In this document: piece after piece, positions 55,729 to 64,000 of the stretch
Position numbering within the stretch: the stretch's first letter is position 1
Layout of the letters: the number at the start of each line of letters is the position of its first letter
NCBI GenBank assembly: GCA_001004905.1
Contig: LCRY01000001.1
Coordinates: 10,461-74,460 of the forward strand
Source of the DNA: Parcubacteria group bacterium GW2011_GWA1_56_13
GTDB taxonomy: Bacteria > Patescibacteriota > Minisyncoccia > Phycocordibacterales > Phycocordibacteraceae
Direction of reading: 5' to 3'
DNA length: 64,000 nucleotides
The notes under the pieces: model-generated
Seen by the model: the letters and a program-made list of their open reading frames with translations, nothing else
Databases searched by the model: none
What the model was told of the DNA's origin: nothing
Made by a program: the position numbers and the translations under genes

Positions 55729-57678
55729 GTGAAATACCTCCACGGATTAAATGACGCGCAACAGCGCGCTGTCCTCGCGAAGGACGGGCCCGTTTCCGTG
55801 CTCGCGGGCGCCGGAAGCGGGAAGACACGGGTACTGACCACCCGGATATACCACCTCATCCGCGAAGGCGTACCAGCGAACCGCATTCTCGCCGTCACCT
55901 TCACCAATAAGGCCGCCCGGGAAATGCGCCAGAGAGTCCGCGGCATGCTTCAGGACCGCTCGATAGAGCGGGACCAGGAGGGGCTTGGAGAAATTCCTTT
56001 CATCGCGACTTTCCATGGGCTTGGGCGCGAGCTTCTCGAGAGCTACGGCAAGGTAATTGGCATTCCGCGCTTTTTCAGCGTGTATGACCGCGACGATTCG
56101 GAAAAGGTGGTCGCCGCGGCGCTCAAAGCGCTCGACGTCGAGGCGAAAGAACTGTCGCCGCGGACGGTTCTCGGCAGGATATCGCGTGAAAAAGGGAACG
56201 GCGTACGCGTGCAGGAATTCGCTGAAAAGTACGCGCGCGGCGGATTCGGCAACCGGATCGTCGGCCTCGCATGGGAGCGGTACGAAAAGAAGCTTCGCGA
56301 GGAGAAAGCCCTTGATTTCGACGACCTCATCGCCCTTCCCGTGCGAATGCTTGAAGAGCATGAGAACGTGCGTATGCTTGCGCAAGACCGTTGGCGATAC
56401 ATACATATCGACGAATATCAGGACACGAACGCGCTCCAAGGGCGGCTCGCGAACATCCTCTCGGCCAAGCACCGGAACCTGTTCGTCGTGGGCGACATAG
56501 ACCAGACCATCTATACCTGGCGCGGCGCGACTATCGAGAACCTTCTTGCCTTCGACAAGGATTATCCGGACGCGAAGACCATCGTGCTCGAGCAGAATTA
56601 CCGCTCCACGAAAAACGTCGTCGATGCGGCGAATGCGGTCATCGAAAAGAACAAAAATCGCAAGAAAAAATACGCGACGACCGATAAAGCCGCCGGCGAA
56701 CCCATCCGTGTCCATGTCGCCCGCAGCGCCGAAGATGAAGCGCGCTGGATTGCGCTAAAGATACGGCAGCTGCTGCGGGAGGGGCATAAGCCGGAGGACA
56801 TCGCGGTGCTCTTCCGCACCAATTTCCAGTCCCGCGCGCTTGAGGAGGGATTACTCCGTGCGGGTGTTCCGTACAGGATTCTTGGCACGCGCTTTTTCGC
56901 GCGCAAAGAGGTAAAGGACGCGCTGGCGTGGATGCGGCTTGCGCTTGATCCTTCGCGCGAAACGGACAAATTGCGCGCGGCGGCTTCACCGCCGCGCGGC
57001 ATCGGACGCGTGACACTCGGAAAACTGGTGGCGGGAGAGCGTGTCATGCTTCGCGCGGGAGAAAAAGCGAAGGTGGAGGCATTCGAGAGCATTATTGAGG
57101 AACTCGCGCGGGCTGCGATAGTACTTCTGCCGTCGGAATTCGTGAAGCTCGTCGTCGAGAAAAGCGGCATGCGTCGCGTGCTCTTTGACGAGGGGAGCAC
57201 GGAGGACCGGGAGCGATTCGAGAACGTGGAAGAGCTCGCGTCGGTCGCGGTGCGACACGACCACGTTCCCGGAAAGGAGGGCATTGCGGCATTTCTCGCC
57301 GAGGCCGCGCTTGCGAGCGATCAGGACGAGATGGACCACCCGTCAAAGGACTCGGGACAGGGGAAAGAGAAAAAAGGCGTTACCCTTATGACCGTCCATG
57401 CGGCCAAGGGGCTTGAGTTCGATACCGTATTTGTGAGCGGGATGGAAGAAGGGCTGTTCCCGCATCAGGGGATGGATGAGAAAGAGCGCGATGCCGAGGA
57501 AGAGCGCCGACTTTTCTACGTCGCCATGACGCGCGCAAAAGAGCGTCTTATCCTCACGCTCGCGCTCGTCCGCAAAATTTACGGGAGCGATTATCTGTCC
57601 GAACCCTCTTCTTTTCTTGCCGACATAGACCCGTCGCTCCTCGTCTTTGACGAAGGCGAGGAAATCATCACGGCTTAG
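55729..57678 (+). CDS. pcrA: ATP-dependent DNA helicase PcrA/UvrD
   Basis: LNDAQQRAV; AGAGSGKTRVLTTRI Walker A; UvrD helicase motifs through the C-terminus; 649 aa. Confidence 0.9.
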   Translation: MKYLHGLNDAQQRAVLAKDGPVSVLAGAGSGKTRVLTTRIYHLIREGVPANRILAVTFTNKAAREMRQRVRGMLQDRSIERDQEGLGEIPFIATFHGLGRELLESYGKVIGIPRFFSVYDRDDSEKVVAAALKALDVEAKELSPRTVLGRISREKGNGVRVQEFAEKYARGGFGNRIVGLAWERYEKKLREEKALDFDDLIALPVRMLEEHENVRMLAQDRWRYIHIDEYQDTNALQGRLANILSAKHRNLFVVGDIDQTIYTWRGATIENLLAFDKDYPDAKTIVLEQNYRSTKNVVDAANAVIEKNKNRKKKYATTDKAAGEPIRVHVARSAEDEARWIALKIRQLLREGHKPEDIAVLFRTNFQSRALEEGLLRAGVPYRILGTRFFARKEVKDALAWMRLALDPSRETDKLRAAASPPRGIGRVTLGKLVAGERVMLRAGEKAKVEAFESIIEELARAAIVLLPSEFVKLVVEKSGMRRVLFDEGSTEDRERFENVEELASVAVRHDHVPGKEGIAAFLAEAALASDQDEMDHPSKDSGQGKEKKGVTLMTVHAAKGLEFDTVFVSGMEEGLFPHQGMDEKERDAEEERRLFYVAMTRAKERLILTLALVRKIYGSDYLSEPSSFLADIDPSLLVFDEGEEIITA

Positions 57679-58001
57679 CCGCTCTTCTGTTCTGGTTCTG
57701 CAACGCCGAAATGCTCCTTCAGGGCTGTTTCGATATGCTGTTTCTGGTGTTCGGGCATCTTCTTCCACTCCTCATGCTCTTTATTCAGGAATTTCATGGC
57801 TGTATCGAGGTGGTGGGCTCGCATGCCGGAACTCGTGCCCGTTTTGTGCTCAACATGCGCGATAGCATCGCTCATGATCCCTTTCGCGCGTTCAAGGTCT
57901 GCATGTTCGAAGCCGTGCTTGTAGCGTAAGGTTGCGCGAAATGTCCTATCGAAGTTGTGAGGCGTAAGGCGTAGATCATTCATACGGTGTAAAGTATACA
58001 T
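57675..58001 (-). CDS. Hypothetical small His-rich protein. The upstream extension of the track ORF overlaps ksgA and is rejected.
   Basis: About 108 aa from MYTLHRMNDLRL; His/Glu/Lys-rich; the longer 199 aa ORF would overlap ksgA antisense. Confidence 0.35.
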   Translation of the reverse strand: MYTLHRMNDLRLTPHNFDRTFRATLRYKHGFEHADLERAKGIMSDAIAHVEHKTGTSSGMRAHHLDTAMKFLNKEHEEWKKMPEHQKQHIETALKEHFGVAEPEQKSG

Positions 58002-58008
58002 CTTACGT

Positions 58009-58815
58009 ATGCGCACACGCAAATCCCTTGGACAGCATTTCCTGATGCACCGGCTCATCGCGGAGCGCATCGCGATTGTCGCAGGACTCTCTCCGCATTC
58101 CGTGGTGCTCGAGATCGGCCCCGGCACGGGAATGCTCACGCGGCAGTTGCTGCAGCGCGCGAAGAAAGTTATCGCCGTCGAAGCGGACCGCGGACTTTTT
58201 GAGAGATTGCAAAAAGAGTTTGAAGCGGACATCGCCGAAGGCCGGCTTATGCTCACCCACGCGGACATACGCACGTTCTCCCTTTCCGCGCTTCCGAAAG
58301 GATATGCACTTGTCGCGAATATTCCGTACTACCTGACCGGCGAAATATTCCGGATGTTCCTTGCATCGGACAACCAGCCGAGCGCGATGACCCTTCTCGT
58401 GCAGAAAGAAGTCGCCGCCCGCATCGCCCGCGCAAAAAAAGAGAGCATTCTTTCGCTCTCGGTAAAGGCATACGGCACGCCGAAGTACGAATTCACCGTG
58501 CCGCGCGGCGCCTTCAAGCCGTCTCCGGGCGTCGATTCCGCCGTGCTGACGGTCCGCGATATCTCACGGAAGCACTTCGCCACCAAAGAGCAGGAACGGC
58601 GGTTTTTCGAGCTCCTGCATGCGGGATTCGCGCATAAACGCAAATTCGTGCGGAATAACCTTTCGGATGCCGGCCTTTCCGCCGGGGGAATACCCGCGAA
58701 AAGCCGGGCAGAAGACCTGCCGCTTGCGGTCTGGCTTGCCCTGAGCAAAGTCGAAGGACTTTCGCTCGCGCGCCTCGACTCGCCGTCTTCGGCGAGGCGG
58801 GCCAAAAACGCATAG
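58009..58815 (+). CDS. rsmA: 16S rRNA (adenine1518/1519-N6) dimethyltransferase RsmA/KsgA
   Basis: LGQHFL; EIGPGTGMLT SAM motif; NIPYY; 268 aa. Confidence 0.9.
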   Translation: MRTRKSLGQHFLMHRLIAERIAIVAGLSPHSVVLEIGPGTGMLTRQLLQRAKKVIAVEADRGLFERLQKEFEADIAEGRLMLTHADIRTFSLSALPKGYALVANIPYYLTGEIFRMFLASDNQPSAMTLLVQKEVAARIARAKKESILSLSVKAYGTPKYEFTVPRGAFKPSPGVDSAVLTVRDISRKHFATKEQERRFFELLHAGFAHKRKFVRNNLSDAGLSAGGIPAKSRAEDLPLAVWLALSKVEGLSLARLDSPSSARRAKNA

Positions 58816-58887
58816 CAAACAATGCACAGATGAGACGGCACCCGACCGGCTATCGCGCCGGCGACTGCTATACTTTATGGCGATACT

Positions 58888-59919
58888 ATGGGGCAAATTC
58901 TGCGAAATTGGCGAGTTACCCTAGCGGCGTTTTTTGCAGTAGCAGCCATCATCGGTTCGTACCTGCTTGCTCGCGGTATCGAGTCGCCTCCGGCGGCGCA
59001 GGCGTCGACGGAATCGGCGCTACTGCAGGCGATCGCGGAGAAGGACTCGGACGGCGATGGACTTCCCGACTGGGAAGAAGCACTCTACGGCACATCGGCG
59101 AACATCACCGACACGTTTCGTCTCGGTATGGCCGACGGTGAGGCGGTCGCGAAGGGTCTCATCGTGCCGAGGGCCATCGCCGATATGTCTACCCTGGCTT
59201 CTTCACCGGCAGTACCCGGTCCCAACGGTCTTCCGCCGGCGCCTGCGGAAGGAACGCTCACTGCCGCTTTCGCGCAGAATTTTTTCACGCTCTATCTTGC
59301 GGCAAAGCAACGCAAAGGAGGAGAGAATCTCTCCGAAAGTGATATGGCGAATGTCGCGAACGAAGCGCTAAGCTCACTTTCCTCCGCGATAACCGCCGCA
59401 CCCGATTTCAAGTCGGCGAAGGACCTCACGGTGTCCGGTTCCGGTGCGGAGGCGCTCAGAGCATTTGCCGCGGACGCGGAAGCCGTGCTTCTGAAGAATA
59501 CGAACAATGCGACGACCAGTGAACTTAACTATTTAAAGAATGCAGTGGAGAATAACGACATCACTGCGCTTTCGCATATCGCCTCGATAGCAAAGGGGTA
59601 TCGTGATTCTGCAGCCGGCCTTGCGATGCTTCCTGTACCGCAAGAACTCGCCAGCGTCGATCTCGCTCTTATAAACTCGCTTATGCGCATGAGCGAGATA
59701 GCGACCGATTTCACGCGCGTGAACGATGACCCTCTTGCGGCGATGCTTGCACTCCAGCAATATCCGCAGGCGGTGCTCGCACTCGGGAACGCTTTTGTAC
59801 GCATCGGCACTATCTACAAGGATGCGGACGTTTCTCTTCTTGCGAGCACGCCGGGCGCTTCCTTCGTCAATCTCATCTCGGATGTCGCGGCGAGCAAGCA
59901 GGTAGCCAAGAAACCATGA
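58888..59919 (+). CDS. Hypothetical membrane-anchored extracellular protein with a calcium-binding-like DxDxDG motif
   Basis: N-terminal TM TLAAFFAVAAIIGSYLLA; DSDGDGLPDWEE; first gene of a 4-gene operon joined by 4-nt overlaps. Confidence 0.45.
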   Translation: MGQILRNWRVTLAAFFAVAAIIGSYLLARGIESPPAAQASTESALLQAIAEKDSDGDGLPDWEEALYGTSANITDTFRLGMADGEAVAKGLIVPRAIADMSTLASSPAVPGPNGLPPAPAEGTLTAAFAQNFFTLYLAAKQRKGGENLSESDMANVANEALSSLSSAITAAPDFKSAKDLTVSGSGAEALRAFAADAEAVLLKNTNNATTSELNYLKNAVENNDITALSHIASIAKGYRDSAAGLAMLPVPQELASVDLALINSLMRMSEIATDFTRVNDDPLAAMLALQQYPQAVLALGNAFVRIGTIYKDADVSLLASTPGASFVNLISDVAASKQVAKKP

Positions 59920-61601
59920 AGTCACGTCTATTTTCTTCAACACTAGCATCGTTACTCGTTGTCGCACTAATCGTGCCATCTGTTTTTCTAGTCGCACCGC
60001 AAAAAGTGCAAGCCGTTTCATCGTTCGAAACGAACCCAGTCATAATTACCAATACTGTAATTTCTGCAATAAAAGCCACACTCTCTGCCGCGCTTGATGT
60101 CACCAATACTGCCGCAAACGTTGCGCGGGAAGTTAATACCTACGTTCTTCAGCCGCTCGCTTTCGTCCTCTCGGGCAACCTGATGAAGCTCATCACCGCG
60201 AGTGTCATCGCCTTCGTCATCGGTAAGACGAACGGCACCGGCGTGCCGCAATTCGTGCAGAACCTGCAGGGACACATGCAAATGGTAGGTGATACGCAAG
60301 CATCCGCATTTTTTGCCCAATTCGGCAGGAATTCGAATTCACCGTTCGCCGCTGCGATCAGCTCATCGCTTCGCACGTACTACCTTCAGAATACAAGTTC
60401 TGCGGGATTCTTCGCCGCCAATCAAAACACGCTGAATCGCGTATGCCCGAATTCGGACGCCTTTCTTGCGGGCAACTGGCCGCAATGCGGCGCGGGAGCA
60501 TGGTTAGCGCTTACGGGCCCCAATCCGAACAATCCATACATTTTAAATCAAGCTGCGGAGAGCCATCTGGCGTCCGTCGTGGGTGGCGCACAAGCCGCGC
60601 GCAGTGCGGAACTAGATTGGGCACAGGGATTTCTTTCCTGGTGCGGTCCGGCTGAAATGCCGACTACGGATTCGGGTGATGGGACGGCGATGGAGGGTAC
60701 TGCACCCGGGGATGCTTGCACGCAGAGCGACGGCACACCGGGCACCATCAAAACGCCCGGCTCGGTTATCAAAGCCGTAGCCGATGAGGCGATTACTCTC
60801 CCGTGGAAGAAGCTCGCCGAAATGGGTAGCTTGGCGAAAGAAGTGAATCAAATCCTCGGCAATGTGGGGACAGTTCTCGCCACGGTGAACTTTGCCTCCG
60901 AGCTTCTCGGAGGCCCGGACTCCGGTGGCCTCTTCGGCGTCGGGCAGACGTCCGTCTCACAGCCCACCTCACGGCTCGTGCAGTATCAGACGGCACCGGG
61001 ATACTTTGGCGTCACGCCAGGGCAGGTGTATCAAAATGCGGCCACGCTTCCGTCATCTGGTTCTGACATGTCGAACCGTATAACGCAATACCGATCAACA
61101 TGGAATACGATAGCCGCGTCGGCGAACGCTGCATCGACAACAGTTGCCAGTTTGGTGAATTTCTGCACGACGGCTGCAATCCAAAATCCCGACACTGCAA
61201 GTACCTATGAAGCACAGGCAACGGCGGCACGCACGGCGCTTTCAACTGAGATAGCCCCTGTTCTCGCGAAGGCGGATGCCGCCTTCGCGACGATTGAGGA
61301 GGCGAGCGCTCTCGTACAGAAGGTGCAGACCGAACTGAACTCCGGCATTGACCCGAAAAGCGGTGCATACCTTGCCGATTTGCAGACGCTCCAGACAATG
61401 TCGCCGACCGATTTTGACGTCATAAACGTCCAACAGGACACGCAGGCTTTTGGGCAGTCAGTCGCCACTCCCGCAGGGTCTCTTACGGTAGGGGGCGGTT
61501 CGCTCATTGACCAGATGAGTCTCCTTGCCACGAATGCCCAAGCGATTAAAAACGCGGGGTGCACCACAATTTCGCAAGGAGGAACGGAGGCCGCCATATG
61601 A
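59916..61601 (+). CDS. Hypothetical large secreted protein
   Basis: Signal/anchor SSTLASLLVVALIVPSVFLVAP; Ala/Thr/Ser/Gly-rich; 561 aa; overlaps both neighbours by 4 nt. Confidence 0.45.
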   Translation: MKSRLFSSTLASLLVVALIVPSVFLVAPQKVQAVSSFETNPVIITNTVISAIKATLSAALDVTNTAANVAREVNTYVLQPLAFVLSGNLMKLITASVIAFVIGKTNGTGVPQFVQNLQGHMQMVGDTQASAFFAQFGRNSNSPFAAAISSSLRTYYLQNTSSAGFFAANQNTLNRVCPNSDAFLAGNWPQCGAGAWLALTGPNPNNPYILNQAAESHLASVVGGAQAARSAELDWAQGFLSWCGPAEMPTTDSGDGTAMEGTAPGDACTQSDGTPGTIKTPGSVIKAVADEAITLPWKKLAEMGSLAKEVNQILGNVGTVLATVNFASELLGGPDSGGLFGVGQTSVSQPTSRLVQYQTAPGYFGVTPGQVYQNAATLPSSGSDMSNRITQYRSTWNTIAASANAASTTVASLVNFCTTAAIQNPDTASTYEAQATAARTALSTEIAPVLAKADAAFATIEEASALVQKVQTELNSGIDPKSGAYLADLQTLQTMSPTDFDVINVQQDTQAFGQSVATPAGSLTVGGGSLIDQMSLLATNAQAIKNAGCTTISQGGTEAAI

Positions 61602-63658
61602 CCCGTTTCCCCGCCATCGTCTTCATCGCCCTCGCGCTCTTTGTCGGCGTGGCGGGCGCAGCGCCCGCCACGCATGCGCAAACCACTTGTACGAATGTAG
61701 GCAGTTCTTGCACCACAGCGGATGGTTCTATCGGCACCTGTGCTTCAGACCCTGATACTAATGGTCTTTACTGTCTCTCGAGTGCGTATGGCACAGCGAC
61801 GGCGAACAATCCTGGGGGCTCAGTCGACAAAGCAGCCGCGGCAACACCGAAGGCGCTCCCGCCGGATCCCGACATGAGCAAGGGATTCGGTACCATCATG
61901 ACCTGGATAATGTCCCTTTTTGCGTGGCTCGTTGGGGTTGCGGCGATCACGCTCGATTACGCCGTGTATTACACAGTCGTCACGATGGGGGATTACGTGA
62001 ACAAGCTTTCGGCCGTCGGCGTGACCTGGCGCATCATGCGCGATTTCGGCAACATAGCACTCATTTTCGGTTTCCTTGCCGCCGGAATTATGACGATTCT
62101 CAACGTGGACTGGTATGGATTTGGGAAGAAAATGCTTCCCATGCTTGTCGTCAGTGCCGTACTCCTCAATTTCTCGCTTTTTGCGGCCGAGGCGGTGATA
62201 GATGCCGGGAATCTTTTCGCAACGCAGTTTTATACGCAAATCAAGGGCGGCACTGTGCCCTCACAGGTCTCACTGTCTCAAACAACCATTGAAAATGAAG
62301 GTATTTCGAACAAAATAATGGCTCAGCTGGGGCTCCAGACCATCTATACCGCCGGCAGGGTGAATACTGAAGTGTACAAGGCCGGAAACACGTGGCTCAT
62401 CGGTTTTATGGGCATCATCCTTTTCACTATTACGGCGTTCGTGATGTTCTCGCTCGCCTTCATACTCATCGCGCGATTCGTCATACTCCTCGTTCTTATC
62501 ATTGTCGCGCCTCTCGGCTTCGCGGGGCTTGCCATACCGAAACTCAAAAGTGTTGCGGACAAGTGGTGGGCGGCACTCTTTGAACAGACCATCACGGCAC
62601 CTGTACTCCTCCTCCTGTTGTATGTCGCTCTTGCGGTCATCACGGATGCTCAATTCCTTACCGGCCTCTGCGGTGGCGGGACCTGCTCAAAAAATTGGAT
62701 AGGTTTCGTGAACGGGAATGATCTGGCCGGCTTCGCGAGCATGATACTTTCCTTCCTTGTCGCGATGGGACTTCTGCTCGCGGTCGTCGTCGCTTCAAAG
62801 AAACTGTCCGCCTTCGGCGGTGATTGGGCAATCAAAAGTGCCGGCAAGCTCAGCTTCGGCGCGACTGCGTGGGCGGGACGCAATACGGTCGGGTGGGGAG
62901 CCCAAGGTCTTTCCCAATACATTCGCAGAAGTCGGATTGGAGGCACAAAGGCAGGGCGTCTATTCGCTACAGCGGCCGATTATGGAGCAAAGGGAAGTTT
63001 TGACGTGCGAGGGGCCACTCTTTTTGGCGGTTTGAAAGCAGTTGGAGTCGATGCCGGTAAGGCCCAGGATGGCGGATACAGGGGACGTCGAGAACGGGCA
63101 ATGAAGGGCCATGAGGATTATGTAAAATCCATTGGTAAGGCATATAGTGAACAGGGCGCGACCGCTAAACAACAACGTGCACTCGCTGAAGAGCAAGCGC
63201 GGGCAAAAGACGTTGGTGAGAGAGCGAAGGCCGACAAGGCAGAAGCCGAACGTCTGCAAAAAATTTATGACACCAATCGTCAGAAAGGCATCCTTACCGA
63301 TCAGCAAACTATAAATGAACTCAATGCCGCAAAGGGAAGACGCGATGCAAGCGCGGCGGAGGCTGAGGCGGCACAAATCCGACTCAAAACAGCTAAGGAT
63401 GAAGTGGATAGGGCCAATAAAGGAGTCTCAGACGCGGAGAGAAACGCGAAACTGGGATATGCCGAAAATATCAATCGTTCTGTACTGGGCTGGGCGCTAT
63501 TCGGTCCGGGAGGCAGCGCTTCGGCGCGGAAGATTATCAAGGACGCGACCAAAGATCCGAACAAACAAATTCTTGATACTCTCAGAAAAGTGGTTGAAGA
63601 CCAGGAGCAACCAAAAGAAGAAAAGAAATCTGAAGAACCCAAAGCACCAGGGACCTAA
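61598..63658 (+). CDS. VirB6/TrbL-like polytopic inner-membrane protein (candidate T4SS channel component) with a Cys-rich N-terminal domain and a coiled-coil C-terminal domain
   Basis: Signal peptide; 8 Cys in the first 60 mature residues; at least 6 TM helices; about 250 aa Lys/Glu/Ala-rich cytoplasmic tail. The topology matches TrbL/VirB6 and TcpH-like proteins. Confidence 0.4.
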   Translation: MTRFPAIVFIALALFVGVAGAAPATHAQTTCTNVGSSCTTADGSIGTCASDPDTNGLYCLSSAYGTATANNPGGSVDKAAAATPKALPPDPDMSKGFGTIMTWIMSLFAWLVGVAAITLDYAVYYTVVTMGDYVNKLSAVGVTWRIMRDFGNIALIFGFLAAGIMTILNVDWYGFGKKMLPMLVVSAVLLNFSLFAAEAVIDAGNLFATQFYTQIKGGTVPSQVSLSQTTIENEGISNKIMAQLGLQTIYTAGRVNTEVYKAGNTWLIGFMGIILFTITAFVMFSLAFILIARFVILLVLIIVAPLGFAGLAIPKLKSVADKWWAALFEQTITAPVLLLLLYVALAVITDAQFLTGLCGGGTCSKNWIGFVNGNDLAGFASMILSFLVAMGLLLAVVVASKKLSAFGGDWAIKSAGKLSFGATAWAGRNTVGWGAQGLSQYIRRSRIGGTKAGRLFATAADYGAKGSFDVRGATLFGGLKAVGVDAGKAQDGGYRGRRERAMKGHEDYVKSIGKAYSEQGATAKQQRALAEEQARAKDVGERAKADKAEAERLQKIYDTNRQKGILTDQQTINELNAAKGRRDASAAEAEAAQIRLKTAKDEVDRANKGVSDAERNAKLGYAENINRSVLGWALFGPGGSASARKIIKDATKDPNKQILDTLRKVVEDQEQPKEEKKSEEPKAPGT

Positions 63659-63661
63659 ATT

Positions 63662-64000
63662 ATGGACCAGAATCAAATCGAACCAACATTAGAGGCCAGT
63701 ATTCGGGAGGTGATGCAGACGTTGCCGCCGCCAATTCGCAGCTACCTTGCGCAGGGAAGGTACACGTCGGTCGCGAAAAATTTAATGATGAAGCATCGCC
63801 TGCGCATTGACCAGGCGGGCATTCTCGAGCGGGAAATAATGCTTCTTCTCATGGGCATCGAGAATCCGGATGAGTTTACGCAGTCGCTTGCCGAGGAAGC
63901 GAAGCTCGACGAACAGACCATCAATGGCATCGTGCAGGACGTGAACGAGCAGATTTTTATTCCGCTTCGGGAAGAGATGCGCCGTGGCGAACAGAAACCG
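63662..64000 (+). CDS. Hypothetical protein, 3'-truncated by the window end
   Basis: ORF starting MDQNQIEPTLEASIREVMQTLPPP; continues past 64000; follows the VirB6-like gene after a 3-nt gap. Confidence 0.4.
   Translation, partial: MDQNQIEPTLEASIREVMQTLPPPIRSYLAQGRYTSVAKNLMMKHRLRIDQAGILEREIMLLLMGIENPDEFTQSLAEEAKLDEQTINGIVQDVNEQIFIPLREEMRRGEQKP

Noticed and set aside
57675-58274. Full 199-aa minus-strand ORF
   Set aside because: The N-terminal 90 residues overlap the ksgA 5' region antisense and are Ser/Arg/Cys-rich junk. Only the C-terminal ~108 aa, starting at 58001, were kept as a low-confidence small protein.
1-64000. CRISPR arrays, rRNA genes, IS elements/transposases, and alternative genetic code (UGA recoding)
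   Set aside because: No regularly spaced short direct repeats were seen. No rRNA-like conserved stretches were seen. No DDE transposase or IS-like terminal inverted repeats were recognised. TGA is used as a stop at the expected C-termini (e.g. ruvC at 4226-4228 and the VirB4 N-terminal ORF), so the standard code applies.

Overview
This is a 64 kb chromosomal segment from a high-GC bacterium (most genes about 60% GC) with a compact, gene-dense layout. It uses the standard genetic code: TGA terminates ruvC exactly at the expected C-terminus. The window covers the replication-origin gene set, with dnaA and dnaN on the minus strand and rpmH, rnpA and yidC diverging on the plus strand. Recognisable housekeeping genes are ruvB, yebC, ruvC, a class A PBP, rnhA, recJ, a HIT protein, pgk, tpiA, nusA, ppa, clpP, rny, hup, rarA, cca, xth, xerC/D, rpsO, dksA-like, comM, pcrA/uvrD and ksgA. 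Four tRNA genes (Trp, Pro, Gly, Arg) carry no encoded CCA, and a CCA-adding enzyme sits next to them. DNA-uptake and pilus genes are prominent: two PilB/GspE-family ATPases, an operon of pilB, pilC, two prepilin-type pilins and a large Gly-rich surface protein, plus ComEC and ComM. Several features suggest a reduced-genome, Patescibacteria/CPR-like organism; this is inference only. These are the competence/type IV pilus emphasis, a short YidC, many secreted or membrane proteins of unknown function, a split VirB4 and scattered T4SS-like parts. The most unusual loci are described below. (1) Downstream of rpmB is a tandem array of two diverged paralogous minus-strand cassette genes. Each is followed by a degenerate direct copy of the last ~47 nt of rpmB, the layout expected from serial site-specific insertion at the 3' end of a gene. 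Cassette gene A has a transglutaminase-like Cys-His-Asp motif, and cassette gene B is a degenerate paralog lacking those residues. (2) A T4SS-like minus-strand operon encodes a PrgI/VirB3-like protein, a VirB4 ATPase split into two adjacent ORFs, a membrane protein, a secreted protein and a VirB2/TrbC-like hydrophobic protein. A distant second operon of secreted proteins ends in a VirB6/TrbL-like polytopic protein. (3) ComEC is split into a Competence-domain ORF and a separate ORF carrying a catalytically degenerate metallo-beta-lactamase-like domain, with an Fe/Mn superoxide-dismutase-like gene nested between them on the opposite strand. (4) A low-GC (about 35-40%) islet between comEC and rnhA carries a HigB(Gp49)/HigA(XRE)-like toxin-antitoxin pair and an unknown gene. 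(5) A ~600 nt non-coding, highly structured region lies between cca and xth; it contains an RNase P CR-V-like motif and ends in an intrinsic terminator. No CRISPR array, rRNA or transposase was seen. Many long antisense ORFs in the six-frame track are high-GC artefacts.
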